The notes below the pieces were generated by a model that saw only the letters and a list, made by a program, of their open reading frames with translations, ran no database searches and was not told the origin of the DNA. The translations under genes were made by a program, and so were the position numbers. A stretch of DNA of 64,000 nt from Azolla caroliniana (lineage: Eukaryota > Plantae > Polypodiophyta): positions 22,320,001-22,384,000 of the forward strand of contig JBHGNT010000008.1 in the NCBI GenBank assembly GCA_043228905.1. The letters are read 5' to 3'. Position 1 is the stretch's first letter. Every line of letters starts with the position of its first letter. Positions 61,601-64,000 of this stretch are shown piece after piece.

Positions 61601-62916
61601 TGCCTCAGTGCTTAGGATTATCTTCATAATTTTGGCAATAAAAAACTGTCCTTCATCATCATTAAATTTAACACAAGTTACAATTTTACACTTAGAGGAG
61701 AATCTAAAATAGCCCCAAAGTTGGAACCTCATCGACATTCTGGAAACACAGCTAGATGGTAATCCTAAACCCACATCCTTGTTAATAGCATTATAGTTAT
61801 GCTGAGGATAGGGGTAGAATGGTAATATGTATTTATTTGCCTTGATTGTGTTTTTGAATGTGTCCAACATGTCGAGAGATAATTATCAATGCTATCCCAT
61901 TTGCCAATAAAAGCAGTTTCTCTCTTATCATTCGTATGACCTGTTTGTCTGTGCTTTTCGGGAGATTATTGACTAACTGGCAAATGAGATAGCTTTGATG
62001 ACAACCTCTTGATTGGTGGACATATCAAGGAACAGAAATGAGGCAAGTAATACACTGAAAACACTGAAAACTTGGAGCAAATGTTACTCAATTTTCAAGT
62101 GGTAAGTGGTTTGTTATTAAAGTTGAATCTTCCAACAACTAGTTTTGAATATTTGTGAGACAATGTGTTCAGTTATCACATTCTTCATTCAAGTGTTGAT
62201 CATATAATTGGGATAAATATATTTATGGATGGAGTTGATGATAGCAATTGGTTGTGAGAATTGGACTTGAAACTTGTGTCATAAGTGCTTCCAAATGTTC
62301 TAACTATTTTTCTTATTATTCTTGAAAGGCTCATTGCAAATGTATTTGTTTTTGTTTGTTCTTAGTGATTTGTGCTCTTCTTGGGAATGGTTCTCTTTGT
62401 ATTCTAGCCTTCATTCTAAATAAGTTTTGCTCATAAGATCTTAAGAGATGATAGTTTGGTTTATTTTTGAAGACGTCACTTGGTAGTAGAGATGTATTAG
62501 CATAGTATAGCAGTTCTTATCATAAACCCTGTACTTTTCAGTATTGTCATTGGGGTGCGTTTCCCCTAGAGGCTAGAGCATTAGTGAGTCAACTGGATGG
62601 GGAGCCATAGGCTGCGAGAACTCATGGTTGCATGAACAATTGATGTGAACCTAAGTTTCCCCATTCATGATGCAGCTAGTGAGACATGTACCCACCATAA
62701 TCTGTCTGTTTCTGATCAAAAGTGCGAAGTTTATAGTTACCACTGGTACCCAAGAATCAAAATTTCCGAATAGATCATTTTGTCTAGCTTATATAGCATA
62801 TTTTATAGTATTTTAGCTAGTAATTTAAACAGCATTGTTTGCTTCGTCTATTTCCTTTCTTGGGCACTGAGTAAGAAAAAAAGAAGTGTGGTAATCATAT
62901 ATTTTCTTCCTTCCAG

Positions 62917-63942
62917 GTGAGGCAAGATTGGAAAATATGAAGCCATATGAGCCTTATGGTTGGTCATCTAGGCAGTCTCTTGCAGCTACTAATACCAGTA
63001 GCAACAGCCCTGCCGGAGGAAGAAAGAATGTTGTTGGTGGTAGATACAACCGAGTTGAACCTCAGACACCTGTATCAAAGACAGGTATCTGGATCATGTA
63101 AAGAAATTTGAATGTATTTTCTTCTCTCAAAGTTGCATAACAGTTTTCTTTTGCTTATTCATGATATAGTTTCTCCTGTTCATAAGACTCAAACACCAGT
63201 CAGTTCCTGCCGTTATGACAACTCTCTTGGTAACATTGAATTTTCAGATAATGTATACTTTACTTTTCTGGTAGCATCCTTCTTAGTTATATGTTCTTGT
63301 TCTTCAGGGTTGCTGACAAAAAAGTTCATACATCTAATTAAGGAAGCTGAAGATGGAGTTCTTGATTTAAACAAAGCAGCTGATATGCTAGGAGTTAGTT
63401 TTACGGCCATTAACTAAATGATAACCATTGTTATTTAACGTTACTGAATGTAATCACAACTTTCAGGTTCAAAAGCGTAGAATCTATGACATTACAAATG
63501 TATTGGAAGGTGTTGGGCTTATTGAAAAGAAACTGAAAAACAGAATACAGTGGAAGTAAGTTTTCTTTATATTCTCTTGCAGATTGCATTTAAAAATGCT
63601 TTCTTGAGTTTAAAACTTTTTGTAGGGGCTTAGATTCTGCAGGCTCAAGTAATATGACCAATGAAGCTGGAATATTCAAGGTAGTAGAGTTGCAAAATGG
63701 TTTAGCCCTTTCTGTTTATTTTACCTGACAAATATGCTGGCTATATTTGCATCATAGGCAGACATTGAAACCTTGCTTCTACAAGAGAGGAAGCTAGATG
63801 ATTCTATCAGGTCTGCTATTAAAAACTTAATCGACATTTTTGTTTTTTCTGCTATGGCCCAGTAGACTGAAAGATGTGAAAATGCATTTAGAGAGGCGCG
63901 AGAACGATTGAGGATACTCAGTGAGGATGAAAATAATAAGCA
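62917..63942 (+). CDS. E2F: E2F transcription factor (canonical E2Fa/b/c type), partial; exons 62917-63084, 63170-63229, 63308-63393, 63467-63555, 63626-63680, 63758-63810, 63892-63942; continues past the window; 5' exons uncertain
   Basis: Spliced translation [68 protein letters not shown]...[25 protein letters not shown]; consistent GT-AG phases. Confidence 0.96.
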
Positions 63943-64000
63943 GTATCCTCTATTATGTTTGAAATTTGAATTTCTAACTAGATTTGGCCTCTTTGCTCTA

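Overview
Land-plant nuclear DNA (probably a non-seed plant such as a fern; this is inference from element types and gene structure). About 1-37.8 kb is a block of nested LTR retrotransposons, delimited from LTR ends, PBS/PPT motifs and target-site duplications (TSDs). A Ty1/copia (H, 1408-7381) sits inside a decayed copia. A Ty3/gypsy (A, 8518-~33500) contains copia B, which contains a tRNA-Trp-primed gypsy remnant (T). T holds the intact young copia C and copia D, and D's LTR holds a non-autonomous A-family element (E). From ~39 kb there are three host genes: a spliced CCDC115/Vma22-like gene (minus strand, with a Gag-protease-only copia in an intron), a single-exon trihelix transcription factor and a partial E2F gene. 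The most unusual signal is in the A/E gypsy family. It has no polypurine tract before the 3' LTR. In its place is a conserved multi-hairpin region ending in a tRNA-Arg-like 3' end (...CCA) that is complementary to the family's own PBS, which suggests a non-canonical priming mechanism. All calls were made by eye, with no database searches.
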